Part shown: piece after piece, positions 47,442 to 58,469 of the stretch
Numbering within the stretch: the first letter of the stretch is position 1
Layout of the letters: every line of letters begins with the position of its first letter
Assembly: GCA_017433375.1 (NCBI GenBank)
Contig: JAFRHG010000002.1
Coordinates: forward strand, 27,361 to 91,360
DNA length: 64,000 nt
Source of the DNA: Bacillota bacterium
GTDB lineage: Bacteria; Bacillota; Clostridia; Peptostreptococcales; Anaerovoracaceae
Direction of reading: 5' to 3'
Translations under genes and position numbers: made by a program
The notes under the pieces: model-generated
The model's database searches: none
What the model saw: the letters and a program-made list of their open reading frames with translations, nothing else
Told to the model about the DNA's origin: nothing

Positions 47442-49447
47442 CACAGCAGCAGCGGGTACCCCAGAAAAAGAGCCGGGCCGGCGGCCGCGCGGCGGCCATG
47501 ATGCCCGGAGAAAAAGCGAAGAACTTCAAGGGCACCATGAAGACCCTGGCGGGTTATCTGAAACCCTATACCTTCCGCCTGATCATCGTGCTGATCTGCG
47601 CGGTGGCCAGCACCCTGTTCAGCATCATCTCGCCGGCCATCCTGGGCAAGGCGACGGATAAAGTCGTGGAAGGCGTCATGGGACACGGGGTGGACTACCG
47701 GGCCCTGCTGTTCATCCTGGCGGTTCTGCTGGGCATGTACGGGCTGAGCCTGCTCTTCGGCGTGCTCCAGGGATGGATCATGGCCGGCGTTTCCCAGAAG
47801 GTCATCTACACCCTGCGGAAAGAGATGTCCCTGAAGCTGGACCGGCTTCCCCTGAAGTACTTTGACCAGCAGACCCACGGCGAGCTGCAGAGCCGGATGG
47901 TCAACGACATCGAGACCGTCAACCAGGCACTGTCCACCAGCATCACCCAGATGATCACCAGCATGGTGACCCTGGTCGGCATCCTCATCATGATGCTGCG
48001 GATCAGCCTGATCATGACCCTGGCCGCCCTGCTGGTGGTTCCGGCGTCCATGGGAATCATCAAGCTGGTGGTCAGCCGTTCCCAGGGACACTTCGCCCGG
48101 CAGCAGGAATTCCTGGGTCACGTCAACGGCCACGTGGAAGAGATGTACGGCGGCCACGATGTGATCAAGGCCTTCGGCAAAGAGGAGGCCTCCATGGAGT
48201 CCTTCGAGCAGTACAACGACAAGCTTTGCGAATCGGCGTGGAAGTCCCAGTTCCTTTCGGGCATGATGATGCCCATGACCCAGTTCGTCGGCAATCTGGC
48301 CTACGTCATGGTGTGCCTGCTGGGCGGCTATCTGGCTATCCTGGGCAGGATCTCCATCGGCGACATCCAGGCCTTCATTCAGTATGTGCGGAGTTTCAAC
48401 CAGCCCATTTCCCAGGTGGCCAACATCGTCAACCTGCTCCAGTCCACGGCAGCGGCGGCGGAGCGCGTCTTCGAACTCATCAATGAGGAAGAAGAGGAGG
48501 ACGCCCTCGGCTCGGTGGGTTCCGCGGTGAAATCCGCGGCCCGGACCGCGGCGGACGGCGCGTCGGCGGGAGCCGAGGCGGGTTCTTCGGCGGACGCGGA
48601 GGAGCATACTGCGGCCGGCAGCGAAGCGATCAGCACGACGATCGGCAGCGAGCCGGTCAGCGCGGACGATGCTGCGACCGGCGCGGAGGAGATGCCTGGC
48701 GTCCCGGCGGACTTCAAGGGCAGGGTTGCCTTTGAACACGTCCGCTTCGGCTACGACGAAAACAACCCCATCATCCACGATTTCAACTTCACGGCCCGGC
48801 CCGGCCAGAGCGTGGCCATCGTCGGCCCCACAGGCGCGGGCAAGACCACCATCGTGAAACTGATGATGCGCTTCTACGAACTGAACGGCGGCAGGATCAC
48901 CGTGGACGGACGGGATATCCGGGACTACACCCGGCCCCAGCTGCGCCGGCTCTTCGGCATGGTCCTTCAGGACACCTGGCTGTACAGCGGCACCGTGAAG
49001 GAGAATATCCGCTACGGCCGCGCCGATGCCACCGACGAGGAAGTGGAAGCGGCGGCCAAAGCGGCTCACATCGACTTCTTCATCCGGACCCAGCCCAAGG
49101 GTTACGACATGGAGATCAACGAAGAAGCCAACAACATCTCCCAGGGACAGAAGCAGCTGCTGACCATCGCCCGGGCGATCCTTTCCGACTCGCCCATCAT
49201 GATCCTGGACGAGGCGACCAGTTCCGTAGACACCCGCACGGAGCAGATGATCCAGAACGCCATGGACCGGCTGATGAAGGACCGGACCAGCTTCGTCATC
49301 GCCCATCGCCTTTCTACGATCAAGGGCGCCGATCACATCCTGGTCATGGACCACGGCGACATCGTCGAGCAGGGCAGCCACGAGGAGCTGCTGGCGAAGA
49401 ACGGCTACTACGCCCGCCTGTACAACAGCCAGTTCGCCGACGCCTGA
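47438..49447 (+). CDS. Heterodimeric ABC exporter subunit 2
   Basis: GPTGAGKT, ISQGQKQ, ILDEATS; ~60-aa Ala/acidic insert between TMD and NBD. Confidence 0.92.
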   Translation: MTQQQRVPQKKSRAGGRAAAMMPGEKAKNFKGTMKTLAGYLKPYTFRLIIVLICAVASTLFSIISPAILGKATDKVVEGVMGHGVDYRALLFILAVLLGMYGLSLLFGVLQGWIMAGVSQKVIYTLRKEMSLKLDRLPLKYFDQQTHGELQSRMVNDIETVNQALSTSITQMITSMVTLVGILIMMLRISLIMTLAALLVVPASMGIIKLVVSRSQGHFARQQEFLGHVNGHVEEMYGGHDVIKAFGKEEASMESFEQYNDKLCESAWKSQFLSGMMMPMTQFVGNLAYVMVCLLGGYLAILGRISIGDIQAFIQYVRSFNQPISQVANIVNLLQSTAAAAERVFELINEEEEEDALGSVGSAVKSAARTAADGASAGAEAGSSADAEEHTAAGSEAISTTIGSEPVSADDAATGAEEMPGVPADFKGRVAFEHVRFGYDENNPIIHDFNFTARPGQSVAIVGPTGAGKTTIVKLMMRFYELNGGRITVDGRDIRDYTRPQLRRLFGMVLQDTWLYSGTVKENIRYGRADATDEEVEAAAKAAHIDFFIRTQPKGYDMEINEEANNISQGQKQLLTIARAILSDSPIMILDEATSSVDTRTEQMIQNAMDRLMKDRTSFVIAHRLSTIKGADHILVMDHGDIVEQGSHEELLAKNGYYARLYNSQFADA

Positions 49448-49915
49448 GGCCGGCCGGGCGGTGTATGAAACCCGTCTGACGGACGGAAACATTCACAGAA
49501 AACCTCATTTCGATCCAGAAAATCAGCTTAAATTCCTGTTTCGTGAATATATTTGGATGTGGGAAGAATTAATTCACCAGATTCTCCAAAACTGGTGTAT
49601 GTCAGCCCTTGAGATTGCATATTATTCACGGGAAGGGTCTGGAGGAGGCTTTTCGGGGAGGAAATCGGGCCGACTGGTGAATGTGATAGGGCAGTCCGGC
49701 CTGTTTTTTCACGAGGCCGACGAATCAGAGGGAAGTTGGTGCGCCCCGGGCGGCCCGTGGAAGATCCTGCGGGTCGCCGGTTTTGTTTTTGAGAAAATGC
49801 ACGAAATATCGAAAATCAAATCTCAAAAAACACCCGATCCGTGGTACAATAACAAGGATAGATTTCCGGACGAATCCGGTGCGGCTTAAGGCTGCGAATA
49901 AAAGGAGAGAAATCA

Positions 49916-51835
49916 ATGAAAAAAAGAACGCCCATCTCATCTATTATCCTGTACATTTTCGGGATTATCTTTCTCATCATCTCCGTCTTCATGCTGGTGA
50001 CGGCGGTACAGTACACCCAGCTGTACCTGGCCTCCTATGAAACGACATTCGAGGAGATGTGGTCCAACTCGGTTCAGTACCTGATCGAAAAATTCCTGCC
50101 CTACTTTGCGATGGCGGTGATCAGTATCGGACTGGGAAAGGCAATCAGTGTGTCCTATAAAGGACAGGGCGTGATCATTAATAAAGGGGAGTCTTCTGAG
50201 GACGAGGCGGAGACCGCTCTCCGTCTGAAGGAACTGCGCGAGGTGCTCAGCATCAAGATGGAGGAGATGGAGCGCCGGGAAAAGGTTCGCCTGGAAGATG
50301 TCCGGGAAGACATCGTCCGCGATATGGCAGTGCATAAACTGCAGAGAGAAGCCAAGGAAGCGGAAATCATCAGCAAAATCAACGTCATGGGCGAGGTCAT
50401 GGGCCTGAACATGGATGACGTATACGCCAGAGCGGACATCCCGGTGGTCGCGGCGGCGGAAGAGGAAGCCGTTCCTCAGGAAACGGACAAGCTGGCGGAC
50501 GATCCGACGCTGGAAGAACTGATGAAGGATGAGCCGGCGGCGGAAGCTGCGGCAGAAGAGGTCGCGGCGGCAGAGGCTCCTGAGGAGCCCGTGGTAGAAG
50601 AGTCCGTTGAGGAAACTCCGGCGGAAGAGCCTGCTGAGGAGCCGGCGGCAGAAGAGTCCGTTGAGGAAACTCCGGCGGAAGAGCCTGCTGAAGAGCCGGC
50701 GGCAGAAGAGCCTGTTGAGGAAGCTCCGGTTGAGGAGACCGCCGAAGAGGAAGTCCCGGCCGAAGTGACGGCAGAAGAAACTCTCGCTGAGGAACCCGCA
50801 GAAGAAGCGCCTGTTGAGGAAGAAGCCCCGGCGGAAGAGCCCGCAGAGGAAACCACTGAAGAAGCCCTGGCGGAAGAAGCTGCCGAGGAGCCGGCAGAAG
50901 AAGCGGAAACCCCTGCGGAAGAAGCAGAGGAAGAACCCGCTGCCGAACCTTCGGTGGACGAGATGATCGAGGAGTTCGAACCGGTCGAGGAGCCCGCGGC
51001 GGAAGAGTACGCAGAGGAGCCGGCCGCAATCCCGGCTGACCCCGCGGATGACAGACCCTACTTCACCCAGCCGGTCGAGATCGTCGGCAGCGGCGAAGTG
51101 ATCGAACCGGAAGAGGAGTTCGAGCCGGAGGAGCTGCCCGTAGAGGAAGCGGCGGAACAGGCGGAGGAAGAACCGACGGAAGAATACGCCGGCGACGAAG
51201 GAGCAGAGGAATACGCTGAGGCTGAAGAGGCCGAAGAGGCGGACGAGGAAGATCACTCCATCGAGAATGAGCTGGCTGAGCGGTTCATCGAGGGAGAGGC
51301 CGTCGAGTCTGCTGACGAAGAGACCGAAATTATAGAAGAAGAGACCGCTGAGGAGGCCCCCACAGAAGAGGCCGATGAAGCGGCTGAAGAAGTCGGCGAA
51401 GAGACCGACGCAACGGAAAAGTCTGCGGAAGAAGCGGCGGAGGCGGCTGACGAAGAAGCCCAGATGGACGAGGGAGACGAAGCGGCAGAAGACACTGCAG
51501 GCGAAGCTGCGGAAGCTGTTGAAGAAGCGGCGGAAGATACAGCCGGCGAAGCCGCGGAAGCCGTTGAAGAAGCGGCGGAAGATGCTGCCGGCGAAGCCGT
51601 GGAAGCTGTCGAAGAAACGGCGGAAGAAGCGGCCGAAGAGGCGACGGGAGAATTCGAGGCGGTAGCCGAGGCGGCTGCGGGTGAAGCGGAGGCAGCGGAA
51701 GAGGCCGCGGGCGAGGCTGCCCAGGCGGCAGAGGAAGCTGTGGAGGAAGCCGCAGAAGAAGCGGCGGAAGAAGCAGCGGAAGCTGTTCAGGAACCGGTGA
51801 AGAAGAAGGGCTTCTTCAGCAGGTTCTTCGGATAA
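49916..51835 (+). CDS. Hypothetical membrane protein with very long acidic (E/A/P) low-complexity region
   Basis: Two N-terminal TM helices, short coiled coil, about 450 aa E/A-rich, C-terminal KKKGFFSRFFG; AAAGGAGA SD. Confidence 0.8.
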   Translation: MKKRTPISSIILYIFGIIFLIISVFMLVTAVQYTQLYLASYETTFEEMWSNSVQYLIEKFLPYFAMAVISIGLGKAISVSYKGQGVIINKGESSEDEAETALRLKELREVLSIKMEEMERREKVRLEDVREDIVRDMAVHKLQREAKEAEIISKINVMGEVMGLNMDDVYARADIPVVAAAEEEAVPQETDKLADDPTLEELMKDEPAAEAAAEEVAAAEAPEEPVVEESVEETPAEEPAEEPAAEESVEETPAEEPAEEPAAEEPVEEAPVEETAEEEVPAEVTAEETLAEEPAEEAPVEEEAPAEEPAEETTEEALAEEAAEEPAEEAETPAEEAEEEPAAEPSVDEMIEEFEPVEEPAAEEYAEEPAAIPADPADDRPYFTQPVEIVGSGEVIEPEEEFEPEELPVEEAAEQAEEEPTEEYAGDEGAEEYAEAEEAEEADEEDHSIENELAERFIEGEAVESADEETEIIEEETAEEAPTEEADEAAEEVGEETDATEKSAEEAAEAADEEAQMDEGDEAAEDTAGEAAEAVEEAAEDTAGEAAEAVEEAAEDAAGEAVEAVEETAEEAAEEATGEFEAVAEAAAGEAEAAEEAAGEAAQAAEEAVEEAAEEAAEEAAEAVQEPVKKKGFFSRFFG

Positions 51836-51850
51836 TCGCGGGAGCGAAGC

Positions 51851-52912
51851 ATGTTTGATAAACTGGATTTCATCACAGAAAAATACAGAGAGCTGTCCGA
51901 AAAGGTTTCCGACCCGGCGGTTATCGGCAATCAGCCGGTGTGGCAGAAGTACGTGAAGGAGATGGGCGAAATGGAGCCCATCGTCAAGAAGTACGAGGAG
52001 TACCGGAAGGCCAAGACCGGGATCGCGGAAGCGAAGGAAATGCTGGAAGACGGCGACGAGGAAATGCGGGAGCTGGCCAAGATGGAACTGGCCGATCTGG
52101 AGGATTCCATCGGCGGCCTGGAGGAGGAACTGAAGGTTCTTCTCCTTCCCAAAGACCCCAACGACGAAAAGAACGTCATTCTGGAGATTCGCGCGGGAAC
52201 CGGCGGCGAGGAAGCTGCCCTCTTCGGAGCGGATCTTCTTCGGATGTACACCCGTTACGCGGAGCGCAACCGCTGGAAGACGGAGCTGATGGAAGTCAAC
52301 GATACCGGTCTGGGCGGAATCAAGGAAGCGGTCATGCTGATCAAAGGCAAGGGCGCCTATTCCCGCCTCAAGTTTGAGAGCGGAGCCCACCGGGTCCAGC
52401 GCGTTCCGGAGACCGAGTCCAGCGGGCGGATCCACACCTCCGCGGCGACGGTAGCCGTACTTCCCGAGGTGGACGACGTGGAAGTGGACCTGGATCCCAA
52501 CGACGTCCGGGTGGATGTGTACCGGGCTTCCGGCAACGGCGGGCAGTGCGTCAACACGACGGACTCGGCCGTCCGGCTGACCCACGAGCCCACGGGACTG
52601 GTGGTCACCTGCCAGGATGAAAAATCCCAGATCAAGAACAAGGACAAAGCCTTCAAGGTACTGAAGGCCCGCCTCTATGACCTGGAGATGCAGAAGCAGC
52701 AGGACGAGATCGCCGGCCAGCGGAAGAGCCAGGTGGGAACCGGCGACCGCAGCGAGCGGATCCGAACATACAACTTCCCCCAGGGGAGGGTATCCGATCA
52801 CCGCATCGGCCTGACCCTGTACAAACTGGAACAGTTTCTGGACGGGGATATGGACGAAGTGGTCGACGCCCTGATCACCAACGATCAGGCGGAAAAAATG
52901 AAGGAGTTCTGA
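51851..52912 (+). CDS. prfA: Peptide chain release factor 1
   Basis: [10 protein letters not shown] (PxT), GGQ motif, RTYNFPQ. Confidence 0.97.
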   Translation: MFDKLDFITEKYRELSEKVSDPAVIGNQPVWQKYVKEMGEMEPIVKKYEEYRKAKTGIAEAKEMLEDGDEEMRELAKMELADLEDSIGGLEEELKVLLLPKDPNDEKNVILEIRAGTGGEEAALFGADLLRMYTRYAERNRWKTELMEVNDTGLGGIKEAVMLIKGKGAYSRLKFESGAHRVQRVPETESSGRIHTSAATVAVLPEVDDVEVDLDPNDVRVDVYRASGNGGQCVNTTDSAVRLTHEPTGLVVTCQDEKSQIKNKDKAFKVLKARLYDLEMQKQQDEIAGQRKSQVGTGDRSERIRTYNFPQGRVSDHRIGLTLYKLEQFLDGDMDEVVDALITNDQAEKMKEF

Positions 52913-53943
52913 TGAACACCCTGAAACTGACAACCGAAGCAAAAGACATTGAAACCGCGGCGCAGATCATTGCACGGGGCGGATTGGTTGCCTTTCCAAC
53001 GGAAACGGTTTACGGACTGGGAGCCAACGCGCTGGACGAGCAGGCTGTCGCCGCTGTTTATGAGGCGAAAGGCCGGCCCAGCGACAACCCGATGATCGTG
53101 CACATCGCCCGGGCCAGCGATATCGGCCAGCTGACACCCATGCTCAGCCCGGACATCGTGGCCATCATCGAGAATTTCTGGCCGGGGCCTCTGACCATCG
53201 TGGTCAAAAAGAAACCTTCCGTTCCCGACCGGACGACGGGCGGACTGGATACGGTCGCCGTGCGCATGCCCGACGCCAAGCCGGCCCTGGATCTGATCAA
53301 CCGGGCGGGGGTGCCCATCGCGGCGCCCAGCGCGAATCTGTCCGGAAGCCCCAGCCCGACCAGGGCGAAGGATGTCATCGCCGATCTGGACGGCCGGATC
53401 GATGCCATCATCCAGGGCGAGGACTGCCGGGTGGGCATCGAGTCCACAGTGCTGGATCTGACCTCAAAGGAGCCGACCATCCTGCGGCCGGGGATCATCA
53501 CCGCTGAGAGCATTGAAGCGGCTCTGGGGAAACCGGTGAAATATGATCCGTCCCTGAAGGAAGCGGCGCAGCACGTTCAACTTGATCCGGCGGCGGGAGT
53601 TGCCGAGGCTGATTTTCAGCCCAAATCCCCGGGCATGAAATACCGGCACTACGCGCCGAAGGCGGATATGCTGGTGGTCGAAGGACAGCGGGACCGGGTA
53701 AAGGAAGAGATCGAACGGCTCCGGGTCCTGAACGAGAGGCTGGGCAATCAGGTGGGGGTCATCCTCTTTGAGGAGAAGGCCTTTATCGAAGCGGCCCACG
53801 ACTTTTTCTCCCGGCTCAGGGATCTGGACCGGGAAGGCGTCGATCTGATTCTGGCCGGGGCGCTGAGCGACACAGACGGCGTTGGCTTTGCGGTCATGAA
53901 CCGTATGCTCAAGTCGGCCGGATACAATATCGTCAGAGTGTAG
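52912..53943 (+). CDS. sua5: L-threonylcarbamoyladenylate synthase (Sua5 type)
   Basis: VAFPTETVYGLGA, KGRPSDNP, AAPSANLSG, SPGMKYRHYAP. Confidence 0.95.
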   Translation: MNTLKLTTEAKDIETAAQIIARGGLVAFPTETVYGLGANALDEQAVAAVYEAKGRPSDNPMIVHIARASDIGQLTPMLSPDIVAIIENFWPGPLTIVVKKKPSVPDRTTGGLDTVAVRMPDAKPALDLINRAGVPIAAPSANLSGSPSPTRAKDVIADLDGRIDAIIQGEDCRVGIESTVLDLTSKEPTILRPGIITAESIEAALGKPVKYDPSLKEAAQHVQLDPAAGVAEADFQPKSPGMKYRHYAPKADMLVVEGQRDRVKEEIERLRVLNERLGNQVGVILFEEKAFIEAAHDFFSRLRDLDREGVDLILAGALSDTDGVGFAVMNRMLKSAGYNIVRV

Positions 53944-53985
53944 CCCCTCAGGCGGAAGCGGGGGAGAAGAGGAAAGGACATAAAC

Positions 53986-54420
53986 ATGATCATTGCCATC
54001 GCCAGCGATCACGGCGGGTATCAGCTGAAGGAAACGGTGAGAAAGTACCTCGCCGGCAGAGGAGATGTGAAAGTCGTCGATCTGGGAACCAACTCCGAGG
54101 AGTCGGTGGACTATCCCATTTACGGCAGGGCCTGCGCCGAGGCGGTAGCCAGCGGCAAGGCGGACCGGGGCATCGTCATCTGCGGAACGGGCATCGGCAT
54201 CTCCATCGCGGCCAACAAGGTGAAGGGGATCCGCTGCGGACTGTGTACCAGCACCGAGATGGCGGAGCTGACGAGAAAGCACAACAACGCGAACATGCTG
54301 GCCATGGGCGGAAGGACCACGGACCCCGAACTCGCCCTGGAGATCACCAGGGTCTTTCTGGACACCGAGTTTGAAGGAGGCCGGCACAAGCGGCGCACCG
54401 ACCTGCTCGATGAAATGTAA
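53986..54420 (+). CDS. rpiB: Ribose 5-phosphate isomerase B
   Basis: SDHGG, CGTGIG, AANK, HNNAN, FEGGRH. Confidence 0.95.
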   Translation: MIIAIASDHGGYQLKETVRKYLAGRGDVKVVDLGTNSEESVDYPIYGRACAEAVASGKADRGIVICGTGIGISIAANKVKGIRCGLCTSTEMAELTRKHNNANMLAMGGRTTDPELALEITRVFLDTEFEGGRHKRRTDLLDEM

Positions 54421-54477
54421 AAAACGCCGAAAGGCGATCAACAACCCATACCAATGAAAGTAGAAAGGAAGAGAAAC

Positions 54478-55107
54478 ATGGGAAAGGTATACGTTTTCGA
54501 CCATCCGTTAATTCAGCACAAGACCGCGATGATCCGGGACAAGAATACGGGAACGAAGGATTTCCGTCAGCTGGTCAGCGAGATCGCCATGCTGATGACC
54601 TATGAGTCTTCCCGCGATCTGCCTCTGGAAGACGTGGAAATTGAGACCCCGATCTGCAAGACCACGGCGAAGATGCTGAAGGGTCAGGATGTAGCCATCG
54701 TTCCGATCCTCAGAGCGGGACTGGGCATGGTGGACGGTATTCTGCAGATCATCCCCAACGCTAAGGTCGGCCACGTGGGCCTGTACCGGGATCCGGAAAC
54801 CCATAAGCCTCATGAATACTACTGCAAGATGCCTGACGATCTGGACAAGCGGCAGATCTTCATCACCGACCCCATGCTGGCTACCGGCGGAAGCGCCGTG
54901 GCAGCCATCGATTTCGTCAAGCAGCGCGGCGGCAAGGACATCATCTTCATGTGCCTGATCGCGGCGCCGGAAGGCATCAGGGTCCTGCAGGAGGCCCATC
55001 CGGACGTGGATATCTACATCGCGGCCAAGGATGAACGCCTGAACGAGAACGCCTACATCGTACCGGGCCTGGGCGATGCGGGAGACCGGATTTACGGCAC
55101 GAAATAA
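54478..55107 (+). CDS. upp: Uracil phosphoribosyltransferase
   Basis: [37 protein letters not shown]. Confidence 0.97.
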   Translation: MGKVYVFDHPLIQHKTAMIRDKNTGTKDFRQLVSEIAMLMTYESSRDLPLEDVEIETPICKTTAKMLKGQDVAIVPILRAGLGMVDGILQIIPNAKVGHVGLYRDPETHKPHEYYCKMPDDLDKRQIFITDPMLATGGSAVAAIDFVKQRGGKDIIFMCLIAAPEGIRVLQEAHPDVDIYIAAKDERLNENAYIVPGLGDAGDRIYGTK

Positions 55108-55126
55108 CAGCATTTGGAGGATACGG

Positions 55127-56515
55127 ATGAACGCTAGTATGATTCCCGAAAACGTCAGCAAATTTGACAACGTTTACGATGTTCTGAAGGAGCGCGGATT
55201 CATTGAGCAGTCCACGGACGAGGACAAGGTCCGGGAGCTGCTGAAGAATGAGAAGGTCAAATTCTACATCGGCTTCGACCCGACGGCGGACTGCCTTCAC
55301 GTGGGTCACTTCATGCAGGTCATCATCATGATGTACATGCAGAAGTTCGGCCACACGCCGGTGGTGCTCATCGGCGGCGGTACCGGCATGGTCGGCGACC
55401 CCTCCGGCAGGACGGACATGCGGAAGGTGATGAGCGTCGAGACTATCGAGCACAACTGCGAACAGTTCAAGAGGCTCTTCGACCGGTTCCTGGAGTTTGA
55501 CGAGGAATGGGAATACGTGGGCAATGAGGGCGTCTACACCCCCGGCCACGAGACCAAGACGCCGGAGCCGGGCAAGGCCATCGCCGTGAACAATGCCCGC
55601 TGGCTGAGGCCGTTGAACTACATCGACTTCCTGCGGGAGATCGGTTCCCTGTTCAACGTCAACACCATGCTTCGGGCGGAGGCTTTCAAGCAGCGGATGG
55701 CCCGTGAAGGCGGACTGACCATGTTCGAGATGAACTACATGCTCATGCAGAGCTACGACTTCCTTGTCATGGCCCGGGACTTCGACGTGAAGATCCAGTT
55801 CGGAGGCAACGACCAGTGGTCCAACATCATCGGCGGCGTGGACCTGACCAGAAAGAAGATCGGCAAGGACGTCTACGGCATGACCTTCTCCCTGCTGACC
55901 AATTCCGAAGGCAAGAAGATGGGCAAGACCGCCAAGGGAGCCCTGTGGCTCGACGCGGATAAGACCAGTCCCTACGAGTTCTACCAGTACTGGCGAAACG
56001 TGGGGGATGCGGACGTGAACAAGTGCCTGCGCATGCTGACCTTCCTGCCCATGGAAGAGGTGGAGCGCCTGTCGGCTCTGAAGGATCAGGAGATCAACAG
56101 GGCCAAGGAGGTGCTGGCCTATGAGGTGACCAAGCTGGTGCACGGCGAAGAGGAAGCGAAGAAGGCCCAGGATGCGGCCAGAGCGGCCTTTGGCGGCGGA
56201 GCCGGCGGCGCCGGCGGAGCGGGAATGGAAAACCTGCCCGTGGTCGAGTTTGCCGAAGCGGACCTGCACAGCACAGACAAAGAAGGAAATGAGCTGGGCG
56301 GACTGGGCGTGGTCTCCTTCATCAAGGAGCTGGGTCTGGTGCCCTCCAACCGGGAAGGCTTCATGACCATCGAACAGGGCGGGCTGAAGATCGACGGTGA
56401 GAAGGTGACAGACAAGAAGACGCTCATCACCCCCGAGACCTTCGCCGGTTCCGATGACCGGAAGATCCTGGTGGAAAAAGGCAAGAAAAAGAAAATCGTC
56501 GTCCGTCTCGTCTAG
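55127..56515 (+). CDS. tyrS: Tyrosine--tRNA ligase
   Basis: [32 protein letters not shown]-terminal S4-like domain. Confidence 0.96.
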   Translation: MNASMIPENVSKFDNVYDVLKERGFIEQSTDEDKVRELLKNEKVKFYIGFDPTADCLHVGHFMQVIIMMYMQKFGHTPVVLIGGGTGMVGDPSGRTDMRKVMSVETIEHNCEQFKRLFDRFLEFDEEWEYVGNEGVYTPGHETKTPEPGKAIAVNNARWLRPLNYIDFLREIGSLFNVNTMLRAEAFKQRMAREGGLTMFEMNYMLMQSYDFLVMARDFDVKIQFGGNDQWSNIIGGVDLTRKKIGKDVYGMTFSLLTNSEGKKMGKTAKGALWLDADKTSPYEFYQYWRNVGDADVNKCLRMLTFLPMEEVERLSALKDQEINRAKEVLAYEVTKLVHGEEEAKKAQDAARAAFGGGAGGAGGAGMENLPVVEFAEADLHSTDKEGNELGGLGVVSFIKELGLVPSNREGFMTIEQGGLKIDGEKVTDKKTLITPETFAGSDDRKILVEKGKKKKIVVRLV

Positions 56516-56553
56516 GACGGGCGACGATTCAATCGTCATTTCAGTGATTTCCG

Positions 56554-56578
56554 ACCGGTCCACGCGGCCGGTTTTTTC
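56554..56578 (+). terminator. Putative intrinsic terminator after tyrS
   Basis: ACCGGTC-CACGC-GGCCGGT followed by a T run. Confidence 0.6.
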
Positions 56579-57697
56579 TTACAGGTTGGTCACCTGATAG
56601 ACATAGCAGTCCCGGTTGAGCCAGCGGCGGCCCTTGTTGGCCTTGACGTAAGTCTTTACCGTGACCATCTTTTTCTTCTTCTTGGTGACGGTCTTGTACT
56701 TGCCTTTGTTCTTACCCTTCTTGATCTTTTTCTTCACCTTGACCTTGACCGTTTTCCTGACCTTCTTGGTCTTCACCGCCCAGCGGTATTTCTCCGTGTG
56801 GGCGTAGTAGAAACCGGCGTAGAGCTGGTTTCCCTGATGGAAGACGCATTCCAGTTCCTTGGCCCGGTTCAGCACCACCCGGGAAACGTAGTTGCCGTTC
56901 CAGTCGTACACGGACAGGACATTCTCCGGACCTCCCCGGCCGATGCTGTTGCAGACGACGATGTAGTTGTCAAAGGAGTCCATCCCCTGGTAGACCTGGC
57001 GGTCCCACCGGCGGGGCTTGACGTAGCGCACGGGATTGAAGTTGGCATCCAGGAAGACGAAGTCCCGTGTCTCGTAAAGCTGGATAACGTACTGATTATA
57101 CTTCGCGTTGTAGGCGATGTTGTTGAAACCGTTGTAGCCGCCCTTGCTGTTGATCCGGTCCCAGTCGATGCCGGGCAGATCCTTGGGCAGGGTGATGTCC
57201 TTGACCTTCTCGATGGTCAGGGAGTTGGGGTTGATCACCGTCAGCCGCTTTCTCGCCGGCCGGGCGTTGGAAACCACCAGGCGGTTGGTTTTGGAATTAT
57301 AGGTCATGTCGTTGCCGTGATTCAGCCGCAGGGGCTTGGAAACCTTCGCCGTGGTCATGTCGGAACGGTTCAGCCGCACGACCTTGCACATATCCTTGGT
57401 CTGGTGCCAAAGCAGATAATAAATGTAGCCTCCGCCGTAGCACATGCCCTGCAGGGTGTCATAGCCGCCCACCGTCTGCTGGGCTTCCAGACGCAGGTTG
57501 ACATCCTTGAAGTTGCGCTTGATGACCTTCAGCTTGGCGTTGACGTTGGGACGACCGCTGAAGGCGGGTCCCGCTGCGCTGGCCGTTTCCGTATCCAAAG
57601 GCAACGCCAGCGTGGCCGCCACGAAAAAAGCGAGCGCGAAAGCCAGGACGTGCTGCAGTCTTCGTTTTCTGTTGCGGTTTTCGGTTCTGTTCATCAT
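56579..57697 (-). CDS. Exported basic protein, probable beta-propeller with poly-Lys segment
   Basis: Signal peptide; repeated QG motifs (TLQGM, VYQGM), HGNDMTYN; KKKIKKGKNKGKYKTVTKKKKK near the C-terminus. Confidence 0.65.
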   Translation of the reverse strand: MMNRTENRNRKRRLQHVLAFALAFFVAATLALPLDTETASAAGPAFSGRPNVNAKLKVIKRNFKDVNLRLEAQQTVGGYDTLQGMCYGGGYIYYLLWHQTKDMCKVVRLNRSDMTTAKVSKPLRLNHGNDMTYNSKTNRLVVSNARPARKRLTVINPNSLTIEKVKDITLPKDLPGIDWDRINSKGGYNGFNNIAYNAKYNQYVIQLYETRDFVFLDANFNPVRYVKPRRWDRQVYQGMDSFDNYIVVCNSIGRGGPENVLSVYDWNGNYVSRVVLNRAKELECVFHQGNQLYAGFYYAHTEKYRWAVKTKKVRKTVKVKVKKKIKKGKNKGKYKTVTKKKKKMVTVKTYVKANKGRRWLNRDCYVYQVTNL

Positions 57698-57796
57698 TTG
57701 GAGTTCCCTTTACCCTCTTTTCTCAGATGCAGACCTATTATATATGGAGATAAATGGAAAATCAAGGAAAATCAATCCCGGCCGGGAAAAAACCTT

Positions 57797-57825
57797 TTGA
57801 CATCACCTGCCGGAAAGTGTAGAAT
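57797..57825 (+). promoter_or_regulatory. SigA promoter of rplM-rpsI, followed by a ~190-nt structured leader
   Basis: TTGACA-N17-TAGAAT; leader begins with hairpin TCCGTGTCGC-GTGA-GCGGCACGGA. Confidence 0.8.
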
Positions 57826-58022
57826 ATGTCCGTGTCGCGTGAGCGGCACGGAATTTTTTCGTGGAACCAGGCGGCCGGGAAACCGGCGTGGCCGGAGGGA
57901 CCGCGACAGGCAGTTGCTGGATGTCGACCAGAGTCCGTTGCCTTTGCAGGGGACTTCAGTAGACAGGGCCGAAAACGCTGCGGGCGCAGAGTCCGGAACC
58001 GAGTAGGCAGAAAGGAAGAGAC

Positions 58023-58451
58023 ATGAGTTCATTTATCGCGAAGCCTCATGAAGTCGAGCGCAAATGGTATGTGATCGACGCAGAGGGAAAGAACCTGGGC
58101 AGAATGGCGTCGCAGATCGCGGCGATTCTCCGGGGAAAGAACAAGCCGACGTACACCCCGCACGTTGACTGCGGCGACTACGTCATCGTCATCAACGCCG
58201 AGAAGGTTGCGGTGACCGGCAAGAAGAGAGAAGAGAAGATCTACAAGAGACACACCGGTTATCCGGGCGGCCTCAGGGAGATGACTTTCGAGCAGATGAT
58301 GGAGAAGCATCCCACCGAAGTGGTCCGTCACGCGGTCAAGGGCATGATGCCCAACGGCAGACTGGGCCGTCAGATGTTCAAGAAGTTAAAGGTGTATGCG
58401 GGCCCTGAGCACAATCACGCTGCGCAGAAGCCGGAACCGCTGGACATTTAG
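58023..58451 (+). CDS. rplM: 50S ribosomal protein L13
   Basis: [34 protein letters not shown]. Confidence 0.98.
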   Translation: MSSFIAKPHEVERKWYVIDAEGKNLGRMASQIAAILRGKNKPTYTPHVDCGDYVIVINAEKVAVTGKKREEKIYKRHTGYPGGLREMTFEQMMEKHPTEVVRHAVKGMMPNGRLGRQMFKKLKVYAGPEHNHAAQKPEPLDI

Positions 58452-58469
58452 GAAGGGAGGATTTGAACC

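Noticed and set aside
55107-55127. T-box riboswitch before tyrS
   Set aside because: Only 19 bp separate upp and tyrS, leaving no room.
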